Positions 1 to 11,248 of a DNA stretch of 64,000 nt are shown one piece after another. Where the stretch lies: assembly GCF_009914755.1 (NCBI RefSeq), contig NC_060932.1. The stretch is one strand, 5' to 3'. How positions within the stretch are numbered: position 1 is the first letter of the stretch; every line of letters starts with the position of its first letter. The position numbers and the translations under genes are program-made. Below the pieces are notes generated by a model that made no database searches, had not been told where the DNA came from, and saw only the letters and a program-made list of their open reading frames with translations. This stretch comes from the human T2T-CHM13v2.0 reference genome, Homo sapiens.

Positions 1-1810
1 AAGATGACCACTTTTACCACTCTTATTCAATGTAGTACTGGAAGTCCTACACAGAGCAATCAGTCAAGAGAGCAATGCAAATTAGAAAAGAACAAGTCAA
101 ACACTGTCTATCCATCTTTGCTGATGATATTATCTTAGATCTAGAAAAACCTAAAGACTCCACCAAAAAAAAAAATCTTAGATCTGATAAATAAATTCAG
201 AAAAGTTACAGGATACAAAATCAGCATAGGGAAATTAGTAATGTTTCTATATACAAATAATAAACTAACTGAGGAAGAAATCAAGAAAGTGATCCCATTT
301 ACAATAGCTATAAAGATACCTAGGAATAAATGCAACCAAAGAAGTGAAAGGTAACTACAACAAAAAATACAAAACGCTGGTGAAAGTAATTAAAGAACAC
401 ACAAACAAATGGAAAGACATTCCATATTCACAGATCAGAAAAAGTAATAATATTAAAAGGCCCATAGCGATTTACAAATTCAATGCAGTCAGTATCAAAA
501 TACAAACATTGTTTTTCACAGAAATAGATAAAAACAATATCAACATTTGTATGGAACCAAAAAAGAGCCTGAGTAGCCAAAGCAATTCTGAGCAAAACTG
601 GAAGCGTCACACTATCTGAACTCAAAATACATTACAAGGCTACGGTAGCAAAAACAGCACTCTATTGGTATAAACACAGACACATAGACCAATAAAACAG
701 AATAAAGAATACAGAAATAAATATACATATTTACAGCCAACTGATTTTTGACAAAAATGCCAAGAGCATATATTGGGGAAAGCACTCTCTCTTCAATAAA
801 TGAAACTAAGAATGTTAGATGTCCATAGCAGAAGAATGAATTTGGACTGCTATCTCTCACCACACAAAAATCATGTCAAGATGGATTAAAAACTTAAACA
901 TAAGACTTGGAACTATGAAATTACTAGAAGAAAACATAGGGGAAAGACTTCCGAATGTTGGTCTAGGCAAATATTTCATGGCTGAGACTTTAAAACATAG
1001 ACAACAAAAACAGGCAAATGGGACAATATAAAATGCTTCTGCACAGTGAAGGAAATAATCAACTAAGTGAAAAGAAAAAATAGCAATGGGATAAAATATT
1101 TGCAAACCATTCATCCAACAAAAGACTAATATCCAGAAGGAACACCACTCAACAGTAAAAAAATAACAATAATCCAATAAAAAGGGGACAAAGGACTTGA
1201 ATAGATATTTCTCATAGGAAGATATACAAATAGCCAACAGGTATATGAAAAAATCGTCAATATTAATTATCATCAGGGAAATGCAAATCAAAACCACAAT
1301 GAATTGTCATCCCAGTTACAATTACTATTACTAAAAAGGCAAATAAAATAACTGATGTGGTGAGAACACAGATAAAAGGGAGCTCTGTTGGTGGGAATGC
1401 AAATTAGGACAGCCACTATGGAAAACAGTATGGAGATTCTTAAAAATCTAAATAGAACTACCATAAAATCTAGCAAGTCCCCTACTGGGTATTCATCTAA
1501 AGGAAAGGAAATCAACTTATTAAAGGGATACCTGCACTCATATGTTTATTTCAACACTATTCACAATAGCAAAGATATGGAATCAACCTAAGTATCTATC
1601 TCCAGATGAATAGATAAAGAAAATGTGGTATATATGGGATACTATTCAGCCATAAAAAAGAATAAAATTACATTATAGATATAATGGGGGATTATTATGT
1701 TAAGTGAAATAAGCCAGGCACAGAGCAACAACTTTTGCATGTCCTCACTCATATGTGGGAGCTAAAAAATTTGGTTTCATGGAGGTAGAGAATAGAATGA
1801 TAGATACTAA

Positions 1811-2122
1811 GGATGGGCGCGATGGCTCATGCCTGTAATCCCAGAACTTTAGGAGGCCAAGGCTGGCAGATCACTTGAGGTCAGGAGTTTGAGACCAGCC
1901 TGATAAACATGGTGAAACTCCATCTCTACTAAAGATACAAAAAATTAGATGGGCGTGGTGGCACATGCCTGTAATCCCAGCTACTCGGGAGGCTGAGACA
2001 GGAGACGCTTGAACCCAGGAAATGGAGGTTGCAGTGAGCCAAGATCGTGCCACTGCACTGCACTTAAGCCTGGGTGACAGAGTGAGACTCCATCTCAAAA
2101 AAAAAAAAAAAAAAAAAAAAAA
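1811..2122 (+). mobile_element. AluS, full-length
   Basis: Dimeric Alu with middle A-rich linker and long A tail; degenerate TSD (gatagatacta / gattgatacta). Confidence 0.96.
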
Positions 2123-2276
2123 AGATTGATACTAGAGGCTGGGAAGGGAAGGATGACAAGGTTGGTCAATGAGTACAAACATATAGTTAGATAGAAGGTA
2201 TAAATTCTAATGTTTGATTGCAGGGTGTGGTGGCTACAGTTAGCAACAAGCTATTGTGTATATATATATATATATA

Positions 2277-2613
2277 TTTTTTTTGTTGTTGTTGTTGTTG
2301 TTTGTTTGTTTTTGAGACAGAGTCTCGCTCTGTCGCCCAGGCTAGAGCGCAGTGCAGTGGCGTGATCTCGGCTCACTGCAACCTCTGCTTCCCGGGTTCA
2401 TGCCATTCTCCTGCCTCAGCCTCTTGAGTAGCTGGGACTATAGGCGCCCACCACCACGCCCGGCTAATTTTTTTTGTTTGTTTGTTTGTATTTTTAGTAG
2501 AGACGGGGTTTCACCATGTTAGCCAGTATGGTCTCGATCTCCCGACCTCGTGATCCACCCGCCTCGGCCTCCCAAAGTGCTGGGATTACAGGCGTGAGCC
2601 ACCGTGCCCAGCC
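2277..2613 (-). mobile_element. AluY/Sc-like, full-length, T/(GTT)n tail
   Basis: Reverse-complement Alu with Y-type 'tgccattctcc' and 'ttagccag..gtctcgatctc'; TSD aagctattgtgtat (2248-2261) / aaggtattgtatat (2614-2627). Confidence 0.95.
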
Positions 2614-4247
2614 AAGGTATTGTATATTTCAAAGTAGCTAGAAGAGATGACTTGAAATGTTCCCAACACAGAGAAATGATAAATAATCAAGGCAATGGAT
2701 ACCCCAAATATCCTGACTTGATAATTTTACCTTCAATGCATGCAAAAATAAATCACATGCACCTCATAAATATGTAAAATATTATGTATCAACTTTTTAA
2801 AAAGAAGATATAAGGGACCCCAAAGAGCCAAAGCAATCTTGGCAAAGAAGAACATAGTTGGAGAACTCACATTCTCAATTTCAAAGCGCTACAAAACTAC
2901 AGTAATCATAAGTGCTTGTAGTGCTCTCCAAGTACAACAATGTGGTACTGGCGTGAGGACAGAAATATGAACCAATGTAATAGAATTATGAGTCTAGAAA
3001 TAAGTTCATATACCTACTGTTAATCGATTATCAAAGTGTGTCAAGATCATTCCATGAGGAAGTAAGAGTCATTTCAACAAATATTGCTGAGACAACTGAA
3101 TAAATACATGCAAAAGATTGAAGTTAGATCCTTACCACACACCATGCAAATTAGCACTAATGAATAAAAAGCCTAAATGTAAGAGCTATAACTATAAAAC
3201 TCTTAGAAGAAGACACATAAATAAGTCTTCACGATCTTGGATTTTGGCATTGTATTCTTAGGTATTACACCAAAAGCATAAGCAACAAAAGAGAAAAAAA
3301 TTGATACTATGATTTTATTAAAATTAAAAAAATTTTGCATCAAATAACACAATGAAGAAAGGGAAAAGATAGCCCACAGAATGAAGAAACGTATTTGTGA
3401 CTCATATATCTGATAAGAGTCTAGTATCCAGAAGATAGAACAATTGCAACTTAGAAACGAAAAGGCAAAGAACTTGATTAAAAATGAGCAAAAGTGGAAC
3501 CCTGGCAAGCCACGTGTAGAAGAATAAAACTGTATGCCCATCTCTTACTTTAACAAAAACGAACTCAAGATGGATTAAAGACTTAAATCTAAAGACTGAA
3601 ACCATAAAAATTCTAGCAGATAACATTGGAAAAACTCTTCTGTACATTGGCCTAGGTAAATAATTCATGACTAAGACCCCAAAAGACAATGCAACAAAAA
3701 CAAAAATAAATAAATGGGACCTAATTAAACTAAAAAGCTTCTGCACAGCAGAAATAATCAGCAGAAAAAACAGACAACCCACAGAATGGAAGAAAATATT
3801 TGAAAGCTATGCATCTGACAAAGAAATAGTATCCAGAATCTACAAGGAACTCAAACAAATCAGCAAGAAAAAAACAAATAATCTTATCAAAAAAGTGGGC
3901 AAAGACATGAATAGACATTTTTTAATTGAATATATGCAAACAACCAACAAACATATGATAAAATGCTCAACATCACTAATCATCAGGGAAATGAAAATCA
4001 AAACCACACTGAGATATCACCTTACTCCTACAAGAATGGCCATTATTAAAAAGTCAAAAAACAATAGATGTTGGCATGGATGTCATGGAAAGTGAACACT
4101 TTTACATTGCTGGTGGGAATGTAAATTAGTACCACTTTTATGGGAAACAGTATGGAAATGTCTTAAAGAATTAAAGGCATAGCTACCTATCTAGCAATCC
4201 CACTACTGGGTATTTGCCTAAAGAAAAATAAGTCATTATATGAAAAA

Positions 4248-4248
<1 letters not shown>

Positions 4249-4298
<50 letters not shown>
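4249..4298. repeat. (AC)25 microsatellite inside L1PB
   Basis: Perfect dinucleotide run read directly. Confidence 0.98.
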
Positions 4299-4302
<4 letters not shown>

Positions 4303-4669
4303 TTATAGCAGCAAAATTCCCAATTGCAAAGATATAGAACCAATCTAAGGGTCTATCAACCCATGAGTGGATAAAAAATGTAGTATATATACACTGTGGA
4401 ATACTACTCAGCCATAAAAATGAATGAAATAATGTATTTTGCAGCAACTTGGATAGTGAAATAACTCAGCAATGGAAAACCAAATACCATATGTTCTCAC
4501 TTACAAGTGAGAGCTAAGATATGAGGACACAAAGACATACAGAGTGATATGATGAACTTTGGAAACTCAGAAGAAGGAAAGTGGGAGAAGGGTAAGGGAT
4601 AAAAAAAACTCCATATTTGGTACAATGTTGTATTGGTATGTTCTCATGTTGCTAATAAAGATATACCCA

Positions 4670-5109
4670 TGTATTAGTCAGGGTTCTCTAGAGGAACAGA
4701 ACTAACGGAATAGATATTTATATAAAAGGGAGTTGTTTAAGTATTAACTCACATAATCACAAGGTCCCACAATAGGCCATCTGCAGGCTGAGGAACAAGG
4801 AGAGCCAGTCCATGTTCCAAAACTGAAGAACTTGGAATCCAGCGTTCAAGGACAGGAAGTATCCACCACGGGAGAAAGAAGTAGGCTGGGAGGCTAGGAC
4901 AGTCTCACCTCTTCATGTTTTTCTGCCTGCTTTATATTTGCTGGCAGATGATTAGATGGTGCCCACCAAGATTAAGGGTGGGTCTGCCCTCCTTAACCCA
5001 CTGACTCAAATGTTAATCTCCTTTGGCAACACCCTCACAGACACACTCAGGATCAATAGTTTTGCATCCTTCAATCCAATCAAGTAGATACTCAGTATTA
5101 ACCATCACA
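4670..5109 (-). repeat. HERV-L 3' LTR (MLT2A1-like)
   Basis: Minus strand starts TGTGATGGTTAATACTGAG and ends CTGACTAATACA; preceded by polypurine-tract-like AAAGGGTGGACT. Confidence 0.95.
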
Positions 5110-5733
5110 AGTCCACCCTTTGTCAACTCGAACCCATACATATCTCCTGAGATCACACATGATCTTCAAATAAAGACAATGATAAAGTCATAATTATGCC
5201 TAACATAACACAACTATCCTTCGTACAACCAGAAATGCACCAATCCCCAAAGCAAATACTATTACATAAAGTTAACAATACTTAAGTGTTGATGTGAAGT
5301 CAATAAATCTTATGTCACATGATAAAAGAAAAAGAAAATAAAATGAAGATATTTACTTAGTACAAGGGTATACACGCACAAACATGTTTGTAACAAAAAA
5401 AAAGGAGGAAATACGAACAATTACAGTCCTCATTTCTGCAGTTGGTCACTTGGTCATAACTGGTAATAATAACTACCTTCTTCTACCACCCATTTTGTGT
5501 TCCGTTTGCCTTCAGTGAGCAACTAAGCAGGTCATGGTTTTTTTCCTGGTGGAGTGACCCAAACCTTCATACCTGAAGGGTCTTGGTCATTTATAGTCTT
5601 GTCTGGATTGGGCTGTTGTAGTTTCCCATTGACCTTAATAACAGGGCATGGTGATACTAAGAGAAGCCCTAATGGATCTCCCGTATTGAATGCATACTCT
5701 TCCTTCCCTCCATTGTGGAGTAGTAGACTGATT

Positions 5734-5930
5734 TCATCTTAACAGTTCAGGCCAATCACCCCCACCAACACTAACTCTCTTCTTAGCCTGTTGACTTAAA
5801 ATTAGAAGGTGCCCAAAGTGTCCAGGTGGCAATCTTAACTTCCAGTTTAATGAAATTGTTGTGTCTCCTGGTGGTAGCATTCCTCCCTCTGGAACTAAGA
5901 CCCCTAGACCAGCAGAACGTAATGTTGCGG
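5734..5930 (-). pseudogene. HERV-L dUTPase-like remnant
   Basis: SAGLGVLVPEGGMLPPGDTTISLNWKLRLPPGHFG following the integrase C-terminus, the ERV-L-specific arrangement. Confidence 0.85.
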
Positions 5931-8830
5931 GAACAGGAAACAAAAATTTTGCTAGTGGATAACTAGGAGTGATGAAGAGTGGTGCCTCTTCCACTGCCAC
6001 CCCTTGATTCCTGGATCCATGAATCCTGGCTATGGGAGAAACAGTACCATATGTTGAACACTGATTCACAGAACACATGGCCTTCTGGAGGACTTTGCCC
6101 CAGGCATGCAAAGTATTGTCACCTAGTTGGTGCAGTAATTGTGACTTCAAAAGGCCATTCCACTGTTCTATCAATCCAGCTGCTTCAGGATAACAGGGAA
6201 CATGGTAAGATCAGCAGTTTCCATGAGCATGATCCTACTGCTGCACTAGTTTAACCATAAAGTGAGAGCCTTGGTCAAAGGCAATGCTGTGTGGAACACC
6301 ATGATGGTGGAAAGGCATTCCATGAGTCCACGGATGGTAGTCTTGACAGAAGCATTGCATGCAGGACAGGCAAACTCATATCTGGAGTAAGCATCTATTC
6401 CAGTGAGGACAAACCTCTGCCCTTTCCATGATGGAAAAGGTCCAATATAATCAACCTGCCACCACATAGCTGGCTGATCACCCCGAGGAATGGTGCCATA
6501 TTGAGGGCTCAGTGTTGGTCTCTGCTGCTGCCAAATTGGGCACTCAGCACTGGCCATAGCCAGGTCAGCCTTAGTGAGTGGAAGTCCAAGTTGCTGAGTC
6601 CACGCATAACCTCCATCCCTGTCACCATGGCCACTTTCTTCATGGGCCCATTGGGCAGTGACAGGGGAGGCTGGGGAAAGAGGCTGAGTGGTGTCCACAG
6701 AACGGGTCATCCTACCCACTTGATTATTAAAATCCTCCTCTGCTGAGGTCACCTGTTGGTGAGCACTCACATGGGATACCAATATCTTCACAGTTTTTGA
6801 TCATTCAGAGAGGTCCATCCACATACCTCTTCCCCGAATTTCTTTGTCACTAATTTTCCAATCATGCTTCTTGCAAGTCCCTGACCATCCAGCCAAACCA
6901 CTGGCTACAGCCCATGAATCAGTGTATAATTGCACATCTAGTCATCTCTCCTTCCATGCAAAGTGCACAACCAGGTACACTGCTCGAATTTCTGCCCACT
7001 GGGAAGATTTCCCTTCACCACTGTCCTTCAGGGATGTCCTAGAAAAAGGCTGCAGTGCTACACCTGTTCACTTTCAGGTGGTGCCTGCATATCGTGCAGA
7101 ACCGTGTGTAAACCAGCCCCTAGTCTTCTCTTCCTCTGTCAACTTATCATAAGGAATGTCCTATAAGGCCATTGGTGCAGGCTGGGGAAGAGAAGGCAGG
7201 GTAGCAGGAGTGGAGACCATGGCCATTTGAGCCACTTCCTCATGTAACTTACTTGTGCCATCAGGACCCATTCGATCCTGGTTAATGAATACACCACTTC
7301 CATTTGATGATGGAATGCTGCTGTGCATGACCCACTTTATGGCTAGATCGGTTAGAAAGCAGCCAGTTCATGATACGCAGTTCAGGTCACATGGTGACTT
7401 GATGACCCATAGTCAAAAGTTCAGTTTCCACCAAGCCCCGTAACAAGCCAAGAGCTGTCTCCCAAAAGGAGAGTAGTTATCTGCAGAAGATGGCAGGGGC
7501 TTGCTCCAAAATCCTAGAGACCTCCACTGTGATTCTCCTATGGAGGCCTGCCAAAGGCTCCAAACAGTATACCTATCTGCCACTGACACCTCAAGCACCA
7601 TTGGATCTGCTGCATCATATGGCCAAAGTGGCAGAGCAGCTTGCACAGCACTGTGGACCTGTTGCAGACCCTTCTTCTGCTCTGGACTCCACTCAAAACT
7701 GGCAGCCTTTTTGGGTCACTCAATAAATGGGCTGCAGTAACACACCCAAATGAGGAATGTGTTGCCTCCAAAATCCAAATAGGCCCACTAGGCATTGTGC
7801 CTCTTTCTTGGTTGTAGGAAGGGCCAAGTGCAGCAACTTACCCTCCATCTCAGAAGGAATATCTCTACAGGCTCCATGCCACTGGACCACTAGAAATTTT
7901 ACTGAGGTAGAAGGTCCCTGAAGTTTAGTTGGCATGCTAATGTCTCACCAGTAAGTCCAGTGTGTTTGCTACTTCTTGCTCACTGGATCCAATCAGCATA
8001 AAGTCATAAATGTAATGGACCAGTGTAATATCTTGTGGAAGTCAAAAGCAATCAAGGTCTCTCTGAATAAGATTATGACACAAAGCTGGAGAGTTGATAA
8101 ACCCTTGAGGTAGGACAGTAAAGGTATATTCCTGGCCTTGCCAGCTGAAGGCGAATTGCTTCTGGTGGGCATTATGGACAGAAATGGAGAAAAAGGCATT
8201 TGTCAAATCCATGGCTACATACCAGGTACCAGGAGATTTATTAATTTGCTCAAGCAATGAAACCACATCTGGTACAGCAGCTGCAATTGGAGCCACCACT
8301 TGGTTAAGCTTACAGTAATCCACTGTCATTCTCCAAGATCCATCTGTCTTCTGCACAAGCCAAATGGGAGAGTTGGAAGGGGGATGTGGTGGGAATCACC
8401 ACCCCCACATCTTTCAAGTCCTTGATGGTGGCACTAATCTCCACAATCCCTCCAGGGATGCAATGCTAGTTTTGATTTACTATTTTTCTAGATAGAGCCA
8501 GCTCTGATGGCTTCCATTTGGCCTTTCCCACCATAATATCCCTCATCCTACCAGTCAGTGAGCCAATGTGGGGATTCTGCCAGCTATTAAATATGTCTAT
8601 GCCAATTATGCATTTTGACACTAGAAAAATGACCACAGGATTAGTCCAGGGACCCACTGGGTCTACTGTAAGTCAGACCTGAGGTAAAGCTCCATTAATT
8701 ACCTGACCTCCATAGCCCCTACTTTAACTGGAGGACCACAATGACATTTTGGGTCCCCTAGAATCAACATCAGCTCAGAACCAATGTCCAGTAGTCCTCG
8801 AAATGTCTGATCATTTCCTTTTCCTCAATG
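5931..8830 (-). pseudogene. pol: HERV-L protease/RT/RNase H/integrase, frameshifted
   Basis: ORF pieces [30 protein letters not shown] (RT), GLFGFWRQHIPHLG, SHVSAH (RNase H), WQVDYIGPFP and IEQWNGLLK (integrase). Catalytic motifs are altered: protease DTG to DIG (8780-8788), RT YIDD to YIYD (8003-8014). Confidence 0.93.
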
Positions 8831-8899
8831 CACAGTCACCCTGGTAAAAGGCTGGAGGTCTTCTTGAAGAAGGATGGGAGAAAGATTCATTGCATAAAT

Positions 8900-10660
8900 T
8901 GTCAGTAATGTAGTGGGGTCCTTCCTCAAGGGGACCTGGCTTCCCCTTCATTCAAGGGGTTCTGAGTCTGTAAATCGGCTCAAGTCTGGAAATTGATTGT
9001 GGGATAATCCAAATTCGTGTTTTGTCCATTCAACCTAGAAGTTTTCTGCTTATATAAATTAAGTGGGAATGCAGTAGGTTTCTTATCAATTCCACTTCTA
9101 GGAACACCATGATTAATTAGCCAATGCCAGAGCTCTACATGAGTCAGACTATTCTGATTACCACTTTGACTCTGCTGTCCATTATGGTAGCTATGCCCAC
9201 CTTGCCTTTGATGGTTGAGTGCCATAACTTGGCCCCTGCCACCTCAGGATCCAATTATTCCCATTGTATTTAAATTTTATAGTTGAGTGACTGTGGTGCC
9301 CACTGTTAGATCTGACATGAAGGGAAGAGCAATTACAGGGCTCTTCAAAGATGTCGGTGCTGCCCTCACAAATCTATTTTGCATGGCATTGGTCAAGTGT
9401 ATATTTTCTGGACCCTCCCAGCTGGGATAAGTAGGTCTAAAGTGACTAATCCACTCCACCTTCCCAATCTCCCTAAGCCTTTGGATCCCTTCCTCTCCAC
9501 CAAACCAAGGGAGATCAGGCATTGCTAGCTCTCTCACAGTGGGCCAGCTTTTAATCCATATTTCAGCTAACCAAGCAAATAAACTATTAGAAACTTCTTT
9601 AACTCCCTGAGCTGCAACATTAAATGCAGAGTCCCTACTTAGTGGGCCCAAATAAAAAAAAATCAGCCTTTTCCAAATCTATGTTCCTTCCACCATTATC
9701 ACACACCCTTAATATTTATTCACATGCTTGTTCTCCAGATTTCTGTTTCTATAAACTAGAAAACTCAAGCAGTTCTTTTTGAGTATAGCACACCTTTTCA
9801 TGGGTCACACTCTCAACCTCACCTCTAGGGGTCCACAGGGACTTTAGTCTAGCTATAGGTCTAGAAGCAAACAGGGCTGTTGGGGGTGGCTCCTGAGGAG
9901 AATCAACATTATCTTGCCTGGCCACTGCCTCAGAGGAGGCCATCACTGTTGCCTCAGGCAGCGCAGGGTTTATCTCCTCAGACAAAGGTGGAAAGGCTGA
10001 TGGCAGCATGGATCTGGAAGGGAATGTTGCCACTACTGGGGATAGGAAAGCTGTTTTTTTTGGCAAACAAGGTTCATCAGTTTACAAACTCAATGCCCCC
10101 AGCTTTGTCAGGGTGCTCCCACATATCCCCATTCTAAGTTGCAGGGTCCATTCTTTTCGAACCAATGCCCTCACTTCAACAGTAGACACCTGGCAGAACT
10201 GTGATGCACATTTCATTGCAGGTCAGTCACTTGCATGATAAGAGCTTGTGTCTGTTTTTTCACAATTTCAGCTCTTTTTCTACAGGAGTTAAGACTCACT
10301 CAGGGCAATCTTAGCAGATTTCAGGCTTGGTATCTGCTTCTGAAGCTGGGAAATAGAATCCCTGAGTTTATCATTTTATTTCATCCCTCTTTCCACTGAA
10401 CTTAGGAGCAATCAATCAGCTTCATTATGTTTCTTGGTTCTCCAAATATGGCCAAAGGTATTATGTATAAAGTCACTAAACTCCTTGCCTCTCATGAGCA
10501 AAGAATCAGGAGTGTCAAATGCATTTATTTTGTATAACTCTCTAAATAATTCATGCCAAGGATTATCAGTGTTCTCCATACTAGTAGAAGTACAGTCTTT
10601 AGTATTTTGGGGTCTAATCATATTAAGCAGCCAACTCCAGAAACCCCAAAACCAATTAAA
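8900..10660 (-). pseudogene. gag: HERV-L gag remnant
   Basis: Broken ORFs 10412-10621, 9749-10066, 9277-9651 and 8980-9225 with ERV-L Gag-like motifs (PWHELFREL, MPDLPWF..EEGIQRLREIG, LWHWLINHGVPR). Confidence 0.88.
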
Positions 10661-10693
10661 GAACTCAATTCTTAATATTCTGTTCCTCTAGAA

Positions 10694-10708
10694 CCACTCC
10701 TGGTACCA
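10694..10708 (-). promoter_or_regulatory. Primer-binding site for tRNA-Leu
   Basis: Minus strand TGGTACCAGGAGTGG, complementary to the 3' end of human tRNA-Leu(UAA) as I recall it (CCACTCCTGGTACCA); 5 nt inside the 5' LTR boundary. Confidence 0.88.
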
Positions 10709-10713
10709 AAGTC

Positions 10714-10847
10714 TGTGTTAGTCAGGGTTCTCTAGAGGGAAAAAACCTATGGGATATATTTTTTTACTTAACACTTAATAAACTCATATATACATATACA
10801 TACAGATATATATACACACACACATATATACACACACACACACACAC

Positions 10848-10884
<37 letters not shown>

Positions 10885-11248
10885 TATGGTATTAACTCAC
10901 ACAATCACAAGGTCCCACAATAGGCCTTCTGCAGGCTGAGGAGCAAAGAGAGCCAGTCCAAATTCCAAAACTGAAGAACTTGGAGTCTGATGATGGAGGG
11001 CGGGAAGCATCCAGCATGAGAGAAAGATGTAGGCTGTGAGTGTAGGCCAATTCATGTTTTCCTGCCTGCTTTATATTTGCTGGCAGATGATAAGATGGTG
11101 CCTACCTGGGTTAAAGGTGGAATTGCCTTCCCCAGCCCACTGACTCAAATGTTAATCTCCTTTGGCAACACCCTCACAGGCACACCCAGGATCAATACTT
11201 TTGCATCTTTCAATCCAATCAAGTTGACGCTCAGTATTAACCATCACA
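10714..11248 (-). repeat. HERV-L 5' LTR (MLT2A1-like) with internal (TA)/(CA) microsatellite
   Basis: Direct repeat of 4670-5109; mixed dinucleotide tract at ~10786-10887. Confidence 0.95.

Larger units (their letters stand above)
1..2803 (+). mobile_element. L1 (L1MA-type), 3' half of ORF2 plus 3'UTR; decayed, interrupted by two Alus
   Basis: RT motif FADD (TTTGCTGATGAT, ~117-128); ORF2-like fragments 344-619 (KYKTLVKVIKEHTNKWKDIP) and 1388-1591; L1MA-type 3' end (aaatcacatgcacctcataaatatgtaaaatattatgtatcaa). Confidence 0.93.
4670..11248 (-). mobile_element. HERV-L provirus, near full-length, no env
   Basis: Two MLT2A LTRs flanking ~5.6 kb internal gag-pro-pol-dut sequence; exact 5-bp TSD ACCCA at 4665-4669 and 11249-11253. 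Confidence 0.97.

Noticed and set aside
5110-5730. Possible env remnant before the 3' LTR
   Set aside because: No minus-strand ORF or env motifs; HERV-L is known to lack env.
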